The translations under genes were made by a program, and so were the position numbers. This document shows, one piece after another, positions 63,709-64,000 of a stretch of 64,000 nt of DNA. How positions within the stretch are numbered: position 1 is the first letter of the stretch; every line of letters begins with the position of its first letter. The DNA is from an uncultured Acidobacteriota bacterium (GTDB taxonomy: Bacteria; Acidobacteriota; Thermoanaerobaculia; Multivoradales; UBA5704), in NCBI GenBank assembly GCA_963770895.1, contig CAVYRF010000002.1, positions 5,440,001-5,504,000 on the forward strand, read 5' to 3'. The notes under the pieces were generated by a model, which saw only the letters and a program-made list of their open reading frames with translations, made no database searches and was not told where the DNA came from.

Positions 63709-64000
63709 ATGTCGTCGCGACCCATCTCCCGTAGCTCCGGCGCCCAGGCCGGGCCGGCGGCGTCCGCCGGCGACGGCGGGGGCAATGGCAGCGCTGGCGC
63801 CGCTGGAGCCAATGGCGCCGACCGCGACGGCCAGGTCAAGATCCTGTTGCGCGACGTCACCAAGTCGTTCGGCCCCAAGAAGGTGCTCGACGGGGTGAAC
63901 CTGGAGGTGGCGAGCGGCGAATCGCTGGTGGTGATCGGCGCTTCCGGCACCGGCAAGAGCGTGACCCTCAAGCACATCGTCGGCCTGATGCGACCCGACT
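63709..64000 (+). CDS. mlaF: MlaF-family ABC ATP-binding protein (5' part; runs off window)
   Basis: KSFGPKKVLDGVNL, GASGTGKS, HIVGLMRPD; directly after mlaE. Confidence 0.85.
   Translation, partial: MSSRPISRSSGAQAGPAASAGDGGGNGSAGAAGANGADRDGQVKILLRDVTKSFGPKKVLDGVNLEVASGESLVVIGASGTGKSVTLKHIVGLMRPD

Overview
Very GC-rich bacterial chromosomal window. Gene content suggests a soil Acidobacteriota genome, possibly Thermoanaerobaculia (inference). In order, it contains: the 3' end of an NRPS (C-A[Gly]-PCP, no TE); a ~2,270-aa secreted RHS/YD polymorphic toxin split by one homopolymer frameshift, with an N-terminal C39-like peptidase and two blocks of adhesin-like domains inserted inside the YD repeats; two paralogous membrane-anchored immunity candidates; an M14 zinc peptidase; an unannotated 45-aa double-glycine RiPP-precursor-like gene; a truncated glycosyltransferase abutting a sulfatase-like gene; an assimilatory sulfate-reduction/siroheme operon; a NitT/TauT ABC transporter with a divergent MocR regulator; a complete group 1h (high-affinity) [NiFe]-hydrogenase cluster with two unannotated paralogous single-TM microproteins; DUF2911-TPR, YXWGXW, PhyH and VirJ genes; a MITE-like palindromic element with a degenerate copy captured in hypF; a frameshifted mdtABC RND pump; dnaB; a C/G-skewed tandem repeat; and mlaE/mlaF. 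No rRNA, tRNA, CRISPR array or transposase was recognised. Family assignments come from motif recognition by eye, not from database searches.
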